Origin: Squalus acanthias
Lineage: Eukaryota
DNA: 64,000 bases
NCBI GenBank assembly: GCA_030390025.1
Contig: CM059432.1
Coordinates: 73,162,001-73,226,000 of the forward strand
Reading direction: 5' to 3'
Below, piece by piece: positions 1 to 11,235 of the stretch. The notes beneath the pieces are model-generated. The model searched no databases. It saw nothing but the letters and a program-made list of their open reading frames with translations, and had not been told where the DNA came from. The translations under genes were made by a program, and so were the position numbers. Position 1 is the stretch's first letter; every line of letters starts with the position of its first letter.

Positions 1-306
1 CAGACCCACAGCACGCCTCACTTACCCTGGCGGGGTCCCCCGGCGTCAGGAAGCCTGCAGCAGAAGTCTCAAAATTGGAAAAAGCCTCTTAACTGCCTGT
101 TAACTACCTGTTAACAGACATATAGTGGCTATAACCCTCTTCCCGCCGCTAGGAGTTGGGACCCTGTGCAAATCGGGGATCCGACTCCCGGGAAGATTTT
201 TTGGAGGCGGGTTGGGAGCGGGTTCAGGACCCGCTCCCATTCTTTTTGACTTTCCCAGCAGTCCTGCCTCCAAACCCGCCTCCTCAGGGCTGGTAAAATC
301 CAGCCC
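1..306. mobile_element. Right end of a PIF/Harbinger-type non-autonomous element (runs off the window start)
   Basis: Ends in AAAATCCAGCCC, the reverse complement of the GGGCTGGATTTT TIR seen across the window. Shares CTGCCTGTTAACTACCTGTTAACAG with the 14494-15325 element. Confidence 0.75.
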
Positions 307-350
307 TCTATGTGTGCCTCAATGATCTACCCAACTGAGAGAATATTATA

Positions 351-537
351 GGGGGTCATTTTCAAATTTGATGGGGGTGGAAAACTGGCGATAGTAGATT
401 AGCCACCCGTTATAAACCTTGCCCAATTTTCCTTTCCATTGAAGTCAATGCAAAATAAAATTGAGCGGTGTGTATAAAGGCCAACTGATCCACTACCATC
501 AGTTTACTGCTCCTGCCGAAGTTGAAAATGACCCCCC
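351..537. mobile_element. Short MITE (~187 bp), Harbinger-like
   Basis: TIR GGGGGTCATTTTC (351-363) and GAAAATGACCCCC (524-536). Confidence 0.7.
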
Positions 538-782
538 TACATCTCTTCTGAAGGAGTACCACAACTGCAAGTTCAGATCACTTGCTCACAAATTTAATGG
601 CTCACTTTCCCCTCACAATAAGCACATCCTGCAAGCTGAGTTTTCAAAAATATATGAGGAGTGTGTAACATTCACTGGTTTCTGTTCAAAGAAAGATGTA
701 TGGGAGCATGTAGTCTTAAGAACAGAAAGAAGCGTGGAACAAGAAAAGGCATTTCAGCTCATCAAACCCCTTTCCTCTACAA

Positions 783-1078
783 TAGAAAAGAAAAATAACT
801 TGCATTTATATAGTGCCATTCATGACCTTATTATGTCCCAAAGTATTTTAAATGAAGTACTTTTTGAAATGTAGTCACTGTTGTAATGTAAGGAAACACG
901 GCAGCCAATTTGCACACAGCAAGGTCCCACAAACAGCAATAAGATACATGACCAGATAATCTGTTATTTTAGTGATGTAGGTTGAGGGATAAATATTGGC
1001 CCTCTCCTGCTCTTCTTTGAATTGTGCCATGGTATCTTCTTTATCCACCTGAGAGTTTAACATCTCATCCGAAAGACA
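783..1078 (-). mobile_element. tRNA-derived Deu-domain SINE (SacSINE1-like), 3' part; split by a CR1
   Basis: Reverse complement of the SINE body and tail at 23658-24040; continues at 2642-2786. Confidence 0.85.
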
Positions 1079-2641
1079 TAAGAACATAAGAAAATAAGAA
1101 ATAGGAGCAGGAGTAGGCCATTTGGCCCCTCGAGCCTGCTCCACCATTCAATAAGATCATGACTGATCTTCTACCTCAACTCCACTTTCTTGCACTATCC
1201 CCATATCCCTTGATTCCCTTAATATCCAAAAATCTATCGATCTCTGTCTTGAATATACTAAACGAGTGAGACTCCACAGCTCTCTGGGGTAGAGAATTCT
1301 AAAGATTCACCACCCTCTGAACGAAGAAATTTCTCCTCATCTCAGTCCTAAATGGCCAACCCCTTATTCTGAGACTGTGACCCCTGGTTCTAGACTCCCC
1401 AGCCAGGGGAAACATCCTCCCTGTATCTACCCTGTCAAGCCCTGTAAGAATTCTGTATGTTTCAGTGAGATCACCTCTCATTCTTCTAAACTCCAGAGAA
1501 TATAGGCCTAGTCTACTCAATCTCTCCTCATAGGACAATCCCCCCATCCCAGGAATCAGTCTGGTGAATCTGCGTTGCACTCCCTCTATGATAAGTATAT
1601 CCTTCCTTAGGTAAGGAGACCAAAACTGTACACAATACTCCAGGTGTGGTCTCACCAGGGCCCTATATAATTGCAGTAAGGCATCTTTACTCTTATACTC
1701 AAATCCTCTTGTAATAAAGGCCAACATACCATTTGCTTTCCTAATTGCTTGCTGTACCTGCATGTTAACTTTCAGTGATTCATGTACAAGGACACCCAGG
1801 TCCCTCTGAACACCAACATTTCCCAATCTCTCACCATTTAAAAAATACTCTGCTTTTATATTTTTCTTACCGAAGTGGATAACTTCACATTTCTCCACAT
1901 TATATTCTATTTGCCATGTTCTTGCCCACTCACTTAGCCTGTCTATATCCCCTTGAAGCCTCTTGGCATCCTCCTCACAACTTACATTCCCACCTAGCTT
2001 TGTATCATCAGCAAACTTGGATGTGTTACATTTGGTCCCCTCGTCCAAATCATTGATGTAGATTGTGAATAGCTGAGGCCCAAGCACTTATCCTTACGGT
2101 AGCCCACTAGTTACAGTCTGCCAACCCGAAAATGACCCGTTTATTCCTACTCTGTTTTCTGTCCATTAACCAATCCTCAATATTACCCCCAATCCCATGA
2201 GCTCTCATTTTGTTTAATAACCTCTTGTGTGGCACCTTATCGAATGCCTTCTGAAAATCCAAATACACCACATCCACTGGTTCCCCCTTATCTATTTTGC
2301 TAGTTACAACCTCAAAAAACTAACAGATTCGTCAAACATGATTTCCCTTTCATAAATCCGTGTTGACTCTGCCCAATCCTATTATTATTTTCTAAGTGCC
2401 CTGTTACCTCGTCCTTAATAATAGATTCTAGCATTTTCCCTATGCTGATGTCAGGCTAACTAGTCTGTAATTCCCAGTTTTCTCTCTCCCTCTTTTCTTA
2501 ATAGTGGAGTTACATTTGCTGCCTTCCAATCTGCGGGAACCGTTCTAGAATCAATGGAATTTTGGAAGATGACAACCAATGCATCCACTATCTCTGTAGC
2601 CACCTCTTTCAAAACCCTAGGATGTAGGCCATCAGGTCCAC
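1079..2641 (-). mobile_element. CR1 LINE, 5'-truncated (RT and C-terminus, frameshifted)
   Basis: ORF 1299-2087 has YINDLD...KFADDTKL and LVRPHLEYCVQFWSP; ORF 2460-2651 has GPDGLHPRVLKE. 3' tail is (TTCTTATG)n; AAGACA is duplicated at 1073-1078 and 2642-2647. Confidence 0.95.
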
Positions 2642-2786
2642 AAGACAGCATCTCCGATAGTGCTGCACTCCCTCAGTACTGCACTGAAGTGTCAGTCTGG
2701 ATTATATGTTCAAGTCTCTGGCGTGGGAATTGAACCTTTAACCTCTGACTCAGACGAGTGTGCTACCACTGAGCCAAGGCTGACAC
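2642..2786 (-). mobile_element. Deu-domain SINE, 5' part including tRNA-like head
   Basis: Minus strand has TGGCTCAGTGG (A box) and GGTTCAATTCC (B box); collinear continuation of 783-1078. Confidence 0.85.
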
Positions 2787-3269
2787 CATGCAAATTAGAT
2801 ACCCTCGCATTGACCCTCACAAACCCTGGCAGGGTAAACGATGGAGGCTACTGGTGGCGCAAACTGGGTCCTGTGGATTTTCAGGCCCTAAGTCTATAGA
2901 ACAAGTTCAAAGAATTATGGGTACTTAACAAAGCATTTTGCTGACCTACTTGTAGCAGTTACTTAACTCCAGCAGCTACAACAGCATATTATGTTTCCCA
3001 GGCATGTAGGTGTACTCTAGTTAAACTAAGACCATTATACAATCCAATCAATCTCCTGAGTAAAGATTCTGAAGATATTCTCCCTCACCCCCAATATTAA
3101 ATTCAGCAAAGCTCTAGAATACAGAACTGACTTTACATTACGTGTTATACATTGTAGACCAGTTGCCTTCCTTGGCATGATAGTTCCATAGTCTCAGCAG
3201 CTGAGGAACCATCATTAACACACAGTATTTAGTGATCTTTATCGATACTTATCCTTATAACCCTCAGTT

Positions 3270-3590
3270 CTGTTCGTAACCAGATATTCATCCTGCTTTT
3301 TGAAAAATATGTTAATTGGCACAAGATTAACTGTTTTAGCTGGGAGTCTATTCCACATAGTCACTTCTCTATGAGACAAAATAACAATCCTTCTAATCTC
3401 CAGCTTTGCTTGAGGCTTGTTAATTTTGTATTCCTATCTCCTATTTCTGTGCTCAAAGTCCAAGTTAAATGACCTGCTTGCATCTACATTATCTATTCCT
3501 CTAAGTATTTTAATAATCTGGACCATGTCTTCTTTCAGTTTTATCTTCTCCAATAAAATAAGTTACTTTCTGTGAACCTCTCTGGATTAG
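3270..3590 (-). mobile_element. Old, degenerate CR1 3' fragment
   Basis: Weak similarity to the C-terminal region (WNRLP-like) of the other CR1 copies. Confidence 0.45.
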
Positions 3591-3844
3591 CATACGGGAG
3601 AGAAATTAAAACAAGAACAACAAAAAGTAACTTAAAATCAGCAACAATTCTACTACAAAATTAAGTCTTTATTGCTGGGTTAGAATATTTTTATACGCAC
3701 TAAAGATTTTATACTTATAAAGACAGAAAATCACTTTGAACGATTAACTGAACAGCTCCAAGTAACATAATTGGAACCAATGTTAACTATTTATATAAAA
3801 TATACATTTTATATAAATTTTATTGGAGCTCTGACTAGTTTAAA

Positions 3845-4080
3845 TTAATTTAGCAAACGGGTCCTGAAATAAGCACAGGACTCCCATTTCAATATTGAAA
3901 TGAGGCCTGTGCTCATTTCAGGCGGGCGCCAGGGCTGCCTAAAACAAGGCCCTGATGAATTTAGCGGTTGCCTGAACGCTCCTGCAAATCGGGCGCAAGC
4001 CGTCACTCTGCTAAATTTGTAATTGTTGCGCCCGTTTTATGCCTGTAAAATGGGTGCAACGATGTTGAATTTATGCACCA
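3845..4080. mobile_element. Palindromic MITE remnant
   Basis: Internal hairpin 3863-3922 centred on TTCAATATTGAA; CpG-richer than the flanks. Confidence 0.5.
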
Positions 4081-5933
4081 TTGAGTTTTGAAGTGTTGAC
4101 GTTGTATTTGATGTGAACATTCCTAAAATAAGACAACCTGCAGGTCTGGAACCATGAAAAATGCCACTTTGTATCCTGATCTACATTAAAATTGCTCCTA
4201 CTTTAAATTAGGATGCATGTTTGCTGATTTGGCTGCTGTGTCAAAAATGTAAACAAATAAAGATGTGGGTTTCTTCATGCTGTTTTTGTTTAATTAAAAA
4301 ATGTTGACTTCTTTCAACCATTTCCTTCATAATAAAACTCATGTTAAGCAACAAATTGACTCTTATTGTCGTGCAACATGAAATTTCTTCTGTACAACTA
4401 CTGCATCCGGATTTGTTTTAATTGTATTTTCCAGGTAGTGCAGCTGGTTACATTCCTTGTAAAAAAAAGATTTTTGTTTACTGTTTTAACAATTTAAGGC
4501 TAATTCTATTAACCCACACATCTAAAAGGATCACTTCCCTCAGGGTTCAATTAGAGGAAAACCCAATTTAAATCTAAATGTCAACACTGGCTACTAGTAG
4601 AGAGCATTTGCAATAGTATATGTTTCTTTACACTTGGTCTAGGTTTCCTGATTACTAGCTGTGTTTTTTTTGCTTACTATGAGCACATTATGATTTTTAT
4701 TAAATATGATGATGATTAAACAATGGCCATTGTTAATCTTAGAATGTACCTACTTCTCAGTCCAACCATGCTGGACAGGATGCCAAATTGAATTACAGAG
4801 ATTTTTTTGAACATATAGCTGAATAATAAGCAGCTGAAAGTAGGTCAGGATTGTAAATGATGGACTAGTTCCCCTCCCCCAAACATACAATAGGAATATG
4901 TCTGCAGCCTCAGAATGGAATTCGTCTTTTGTGTTATACTCCTTATATGGACTTTTTCTACCAACTGATTCTGGAAAAAAGATACGCAATTTGGCAAACT
5001 GCATTGCTTCAAATGAGGAAAATTATACTGCAATTCTTTCATTAATCCTTGTAGTGTACGAGGTGCTGTAGAAATGTTTTATTTGTTTATTTGCTCACGA
5101 GATCTATCATTTTATAGGTTGTTAGAGCAGGCGCAGTCATTGCCATTTTAACTGCATTTTGAAAATGTAGATATACTGATAACATAACACAGGAAGGGAA
5201 GCTTGTAGTCTTACTGTAAAAGAGAAAAACCACAACATCAGTATCTAGGTGAATGGAAAAACATTTGGTTTCCTTCTGTCATAACTCTCTAATGTTATTT
5301 TTTGTAGTTATTAAAAGAAAAGTAGCTTAAGCTTCAATTATTATAGATCACGTCACAACTAATACACTGCGGCAGTGAGAAATTAAATAGAATGTGGTCT
5401 AATCAATAAACACAATTTTCTTTGAGAGCATCAACTGCACCATTGAAAATTGGCACAAAAACTGCAACTTAATTCACCTTTGTTGCAAATTTCAGTTTCT
5501 ATCTGGTAGCCTGAAATATTTCTATGGGGATTTAATACATGCATGAAGACAGTATAGATTTTTCCTACAGATATTTACACAATTTATTTAAATTTGAAAA
5601 TTCTAACAATTATAAAATACTTACTTGATGAAGCAGAGGAAATTAAAATATAACTTATGTGAAGCTACATTCCAGTTGAAACTGATTCAATTGTAGTCAA
5701 TTATTGTAAAACTTTGACACGGTCAAACTCTACCAGAAAATTAAAATATCTCATTATACCTGAAATAATTTATACAGCTTAAGGACTTACACAGTTCAAA
5801 TTTAACAGTACCCTTAGTAATAAGTACTACTGGCTGTTTGTGTGTGTGTTTGCTTTATTTTTCCATGTATCTAAAAATACTGCCAATTTTACCACATAGT
5901 TCTTTTGCAGTAGCTAATTAGTGATATCAGTAC

Positions 5934-6127
5934 GATAGCAAAATACTGCAGATGCTGGAAATCCGAAATAACAACAGAAAACGCTGGAAAAACTCAGCAG
6001 GCCAGGCAGCATCCGTAGAGAGAAATGAAAGGTCTGATGAAAGGTCATCGACCTGAAACGTCAACTCTCTTTCTCTCTCTACGGATGCTGCCTGGCCTGC
6101 TGAGTTTTTCCAGCGTTTTCTGTTGTT
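5934..6127. mobile_element. Penelope pLTR-derived fold-back mini-element with 17-bp TSD
   Basis: Inverted arms ~5968-6024 and ~6073-6129 match the Penelope 3' end at 24804-24862. ATTAGTGATATCAGTAC at 5917-5933 and 6128-6144. Confidence 0.9.
6030..6066 (+). ncRNA. Minimal hammerhead ribozyme motif (Penelope-type)
   Basis: CTGATGA (6034-6040), stem II AGGTC-ATC-GACCT, GAAAC (6055-6059), GTC cleavage triplet (6060-6062). Stem III is the palindrome ACGT. Confidence 0.8.
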
Positions 6128-6310
6128 ATTAGTGATATCAGTACAATTGCCATTTGCTTGGAATTCAATGGGAAATACAGAAAACCCTGCAGGCAGTAAT
6201 TGACCCACAATGGGCTTGTCAGATTTAACTCTTTTGCTCTTGCATTCTGGAATCAGTGGGTTAATCTTTCCTATGGCTTGTGCATGTCTTATTCAATGAC
6301 TTTTAGGAGG

Positions 6311-6490
6311 CAAAGAAAGAAAGACTTGCATTTATATACCTTTCATGACCTCAGGAAGTCCCAAAGTGCTTTACATGCAATGGAGTACTTTTGAAGTGTA
6401 GTCACTGCTGCAATCTAGGAAACACAGCAACTAATTTGCACACAGCAAGCTCCCACAAACAGCAACGTGATAATAATCAAATAAACTGTT
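6311..6490 (-). mobile_element. Deu-domain SINE, 3' part; split by a 4.4-kb CR1
   Basis: Reverse complement of the SINE tail (AAAGAAAGACTTGCATTTATATA...); resumes at 10951. Confidence 0.85.
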
Positions 6491-7524
6491 TGAGAGCTTG
6501 AGTACAGAGCTTGGAGACGGAACTGGGTGAATTGCAATCAGAGTAGATACAGAAATAGGAGGATAGAGCAGATGAATGCATGGCTGGAGAGATGGTGCAG
6601 GAGGGAGGGTTTAGATTCCTGAGGCATTAGGTCCGGTTCTGGGAGAGGTGGAACCTGTACAAGTCGTCTGGGTTGCACCTCAACAGGGTCGGGACCAATA
6701 TCCTAGCGGTGGGGGAGTGGGGGTTGCTAGAGATGTTGGGGAGGGTTTAAACTAGCTTGGCAGGAGGATAGGAACCTGAGCGTAGATTCAGAAGGGAAAG
6801 AAGCAAAGCTGGAAATGGAAGGCAGAAAATTAGAAAGTGAATTTGGAAGGCAGAGGAAACAAAAGCTAGAAAATAGACAACAAAGGGGTTTGGCAGTGCT
6901 TAATGGTATATACTTCAATGCAAGGAGTCTAGTGAAGAAGGCAGATGAGCTAAGGGCACAGATAGACACATGGAAGTATGACATCATAGCTATTACCAAA
7001 ACATGACTGAAAGAAGGGCAGGAATGGCAGCTCAATATTCCTGGTTACAGGGTTTTCAGACGAGATAGAGAGGGGGATAAAAAAGGAGGGTGGGTCACAA
7101 TATTGGTTAAAGAAACAATTACAGCTGTGAAGAGGGATGATATGTTAGAAGGATCATCAAATGAGGCCATGTGGGTTGAAGTGAAGAACACAAAAGGGGC
7201 AATTACACTGCTGGGAGTGTACTATAGACCCCCAAATAGTCAGAGGGAGATAGAAGAGCAAATATGTAGACAAATTTCTGAGAAGTGCAAAAACAATAGG
7301 GCAGAAATAGTAGGGGATTTCAACTACCCTAACATTAACTGGAATAGAATTATTATAAATGTACAGAGGGTGCAGAATTATTAAAAGACATTCAGGAGTA
7401 CTTTATTAGCCAGTACGTAGCAAGCCCAACAAGAGAGGGAGTGGTTCTGGACTTGGTTTTAGGGAATTAAGTTGGGCAGGTGGAAGGGGTATCAGTGGGA
7501 GAGCATTTTGGTGCTAGTGAGCAT

Positions 7525-8312
7525 GGGGGGAATTTTAACGTAAAAAAAAAAAAAGGGTGGGTTGGGAGCCGGGGGGGGGGTAGTGTTAAAAATCGGAATT
7601 CCGACCTGAACCCGTCTACTTCTGGTTTTAACGGAGGCAGGATGGGGGCAGGCAGTCAACCCACTGCCAGGAGGCGAGACGTCAATTTAAATATTACAAT
7701 GAGGCTATATGTCTCTTCTTTAACCTACATTTTGTGTTTAACTGTAGCTGGTCGGGTTTTACACACCTCGTAAAACCCGGCAGTTATAGCAAGGCGAGGA
7801 TTGCTGCATCCAGGAGGTAAGTGCCTTTATACCTACCTCCTGGATCCAGGGTCCCTGCTTAACCCACCCCCCGCGATCGGAGACCCTCCCAGGCATCGGA
7901 TCACTCCATGAGGCCTCTCCCCACCAGGTCTCCCCCCGCCCCCCATCCTCTTCGGACTCCCCCCGATCTTCTCCCGACCCCCCCACCCCCAATCCTCTTC
8001 CCGGCTCATCCCGGCCCCCGATCTTCTGGCCGACCCCACAGCCTGGCCCGACCTCCCAATCTTCATCCTGGCCCAGCCCCCACGTGAACACTCCCTCCCT
8101 GCTCTGTGAGGCTAGTGCCGCAGGCATACCCGCCCCAAGCCAACCAGCGTCTAAATCTGGCTTGCTGTGGGTGGGAAACAGAGGCTTCACATGCAAATCA
8201 GGCCCTGCCGTTAAATTCGGTAGGGCCTGCGCGAAACCCGTTGTCCTGGGTTCCCGACCGCCTCGGAGCATCCCCCCACCCCCAACCCACCTTCCCCATT
8301 AAAATCCAGCCC
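7525..8312. mobile_element. Harbinger-type MITE inserted in CR1 ORF2
   Basis: Ends GGGGGGAATTTTAA and TTAAAATCCAGCCC; 3-bp TSD CAT (7522-7524, 8313-8315). Removing it restores the CR1 SEHNLVRF segment. Confidence 0.85.
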
Positions 8313-8993
8313 CATAATTTAGTTAGATTTAGCATAGTTATGGAAAAAGGACAAAGATAGACCAGGAGTAAAAGTTCTCAATTGGAAAAGGACAATTTTA
8401 CTCAGCTGAGATGTGATTTAGCAAAAGTGGACTGGAAACAGCTACTTGAAGGTAAATCAGTGTCAGAGCAGTGGGAGGCAATCAAGGAGGAGATAGTGAG
8501 GATTCAGAGCAAATATGTTCCCACAAAGAAAAAGGATGGGACTCCCAAATCTAGAGCCCCCTGGATGTCAAGGGGTATACAGGGTAGGATAAGGCAAAAA
8601 AGGAAAGTTTGTCAGATACCGAGAGCTAAATACTGCAGAAAGCCTAAAGAAGTATAGAAAGTGCAGGGGTGAAATTAAAAAGGAAATTAGGAAAGCAAAG
8701 AGAGGGCATGAAAAAATATTGGCAAGTAAAATCAAGGAAAACCCAAATATATTTTATAAACACACAAAGAGCAAGAGGATAACTAAAGAGTCGGGCCTAT
8801 TAGAGACTATAAAGGTAACCTGTGTGTTGAGGCAGAAGATGTGTGTATGGTTCTTAATGAATACTTTGCGTCTGTCTTCACAAAAGAGAGGGACGATGCA
8901 GACATTGTAGTTAAATAGGAGCAGTGTGAAATATGAGTTGAGATAAACATAGTGAAAGAGGAAATATTAAAGGGTTCAGCATCTTTGAAAGTA

Positions 8994-9412
8994 CAGGAAA
9001 CTTTCGTTTATCCGGCATCGACGGGACCGGCGTGGTGCCGGTTTATCGAAAGTACCGGATAACAGAGAGTTATATCTACCGAGGCTATTTTTAACAAAGA
9101 GACTCCAAGCAGCACGGGAGAATCTACTCATGCTACTGCAATGTTTCGGACTTGCGACAGCGCCAGGAGGCCGAGTAGTGGCACTTTTGAAAAGTACCCC
9201 TACTGACTAAATCGGCGTTCGCGGACTCGGACTCGGGATCGGCAACATTGCCGGTTATTTGAGAGGATTTTTCGGAGCACTCGGCGTTCGCGGAGACTCG
9301 ACTGCGACTCGGCAACATTGCCGGTTATTTGAGAGGAGTTTTCGGAGGATGATTTTTGCCGGTTAAGCGAGAATTCCGGATATTTGGGTGCCGGATAAAC
9401 GAAAGTTTCCTG
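8994..9412. mobile_element. Tc1/mariner (Tigger/pogo-like) MITE inserted in CR1 ORF2
   Basis: Perfect 24-bp TIR CAGGAAACTTTCGTTTATCCGGCA; TA TSD (8992-8993, 9413-9414). Empty site reads LKVDK. Confidence 0.92.
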
Positions 9413-10950
9413 TAGATAAATTGCCAGGCCCCGATGAAATGTATCGCAGGCTGTTAAGGGAAACAAGGGAGGGGATAGCGGAGGCTCTAACCATCATTTT
9501 CCAATCATCTCTGGCTACAGATGTGGTGCCAGAGGACTGCTAAAAAGGGAGAAAGGGATTGACCGAGTAATTATAGGCCAGTCAGCCTAACCTCAGTGGT
9601 GGGCAAATTATTGGAAAAAATTCTGAGGGACAGTATTAATCGTCATTTAGAAAGGCACAGATTAATCAAGGACATTCGGCATGGATTTGTTAAAGGAAGG
9701 TTGTGTCTGACTAACTTGATTACATTTTTTGAGGAGGGTCGATGAGGGTAGCGCATTTGATATAGTCTACATGGATTTTAGCAAGGCTTTTGACAAGGTC
9801 CCACATGGCAAACTGGTCAGAAAAGTAAAAGCCCATGCGATTCAAGGGAAAGTGGCAAGTTGGATCAAAAATTGTCTCAGTGACAAGAAGCAAAGGGTAA
9901 TGGTTGACGGGTGTTTTATGACTGGAAGGCTGTTTCCAGTGGGGTTCCGCAGGGCTCAGTACTAGGTCACTTGTTTTTGTGGTATATACCAATGATTTAG
10001 ACTTCAATGTAGGGGTATGATTAAGAAGTTTGCAGATGATACAAAAATTGGCCATGTGGTTGACAGTGAGAAAGAAAGCTGTAGACTGCAGGAAGATATC
10101 AATGGACTGGTCAGGTCAGCAGAAAAGTGGCAAATGGAATTCAATCTGGAGAAGTGTGAGGTAATGCATTTGGGGAGGACTAACAAGGAAAGGGAATACA
10201 CAATAAATGGTAGGATACTGAGAAGTGTAGAGGAACAGAGGGACCTTGGAGTGCATGTCCACAGATCCCTGAAGGTAGCAGGGCCAAGTAGATAAGGTGG
10301 TTAAGAAGGCATACGGGATACTTACCTTCATTAGCCGAAGCATAGAATATAAGAGCAGGGAGGTTATGTTTGAACTGTATAAAACACTAGTTAGGCCACA
10401 GTTAGAGTACTGCGTACAGTTCTGGTCACCACATTACAAAAGGCATGATTGCACTATAGAGAGGGTACAGAGAAGATTTACAAGGATGTTGCCAGGACTG
10501 GAGAATTTTAGATATGAGGAAAGATTGGATAGGCTGCGGTTGATTTCTTTGGAACAGAGGAGGCTGAGGGGAGACTTAATTGAGGTGTATAAAATTGTGA
10601 GGGGACTAGATAGAGTGGATAGGAAGTACCTATTTCCCTTAGAAGAGAGGTCAATAACCAGGGGGCATAGATTTAAAGTAATTGGTAGAAGGATTAGAGG
10701 GGAGTTGAGGATAACTTTTCTCACCCAGAGGGAGATGGGGGTCTGGAACTCACTGCCTGAAAGGGTGGTAGAGGCAGAAACCCTCATCGCATTTAAAAAG
10801 TACTTGGATATGCACTTGAAATGCTGTAACCTACAAGGCTACAGGCCAAGAGCTGGAAAGTGGGATTAGGCTGGATAGCTCTTTTTCGGCCGGCACAGAC
10901 ACGATGGGCCAAATGATCTCCTTCTGTGCCATATATTTCTGATTCTATGA

Positions 10951-11235
10951 TTTACTGATGTTGATTGAGGGATAAATATTGGCCAGGATACCGGGAATAA
11001 TTCTTCTTCAAAATAGTGCCACAGGATCATTTACATCCATCTGAGAGTGCAGACGTGGCTTCAGTTTAACGTCTCATCTGAAAGACAGCACCTCCGACAG
11101 TGAAGCACTCCCTCAGTACTGCCCTGGAGTGTCAGCCTAGATTGTTTGTGCTCAAGTTTCTGGAGTGGGACTTGAACAGACAACCTTATAACTCCGAGGC
11201 AAGAGTGCTACCCACTGAGCCACGGCTGACGCTGA
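10951..11235 (-). mobile_element. Deu-domain SINE, 5' part with tRNA-like head
   Basis: Continuation of 6311-6490; TGGCTCAGTGG and GTTCAAGTCC boxes on the minus strand. Confidence 0.85.

Larger units (their letters stand above)
6491..10950 (+). mobile_element. Near-full-length decayed CR1 LINE (ORF1 esterase C-terminus, ORF2 APE-RT) with two nested MITEs
   Basis: ORF1 remnant MNAWLERWCRREG...GLHLN (SGNH esterase-like, ~6570-6710). APE motifs YFNARSL, GVYYRPP, VGDFNYP; RT motifs YMDFSKAFDKVPH, KFADDTK; C-terminal ORF 10297-10869; tail GATTCTATGAT. Confidence 0.95.

Noticed and set aside
461..874. 137-aa ORF
   Set aside because: Spans a MITE end, unique DNA and a SINE tail; non-ATG start and no recognisable motif.
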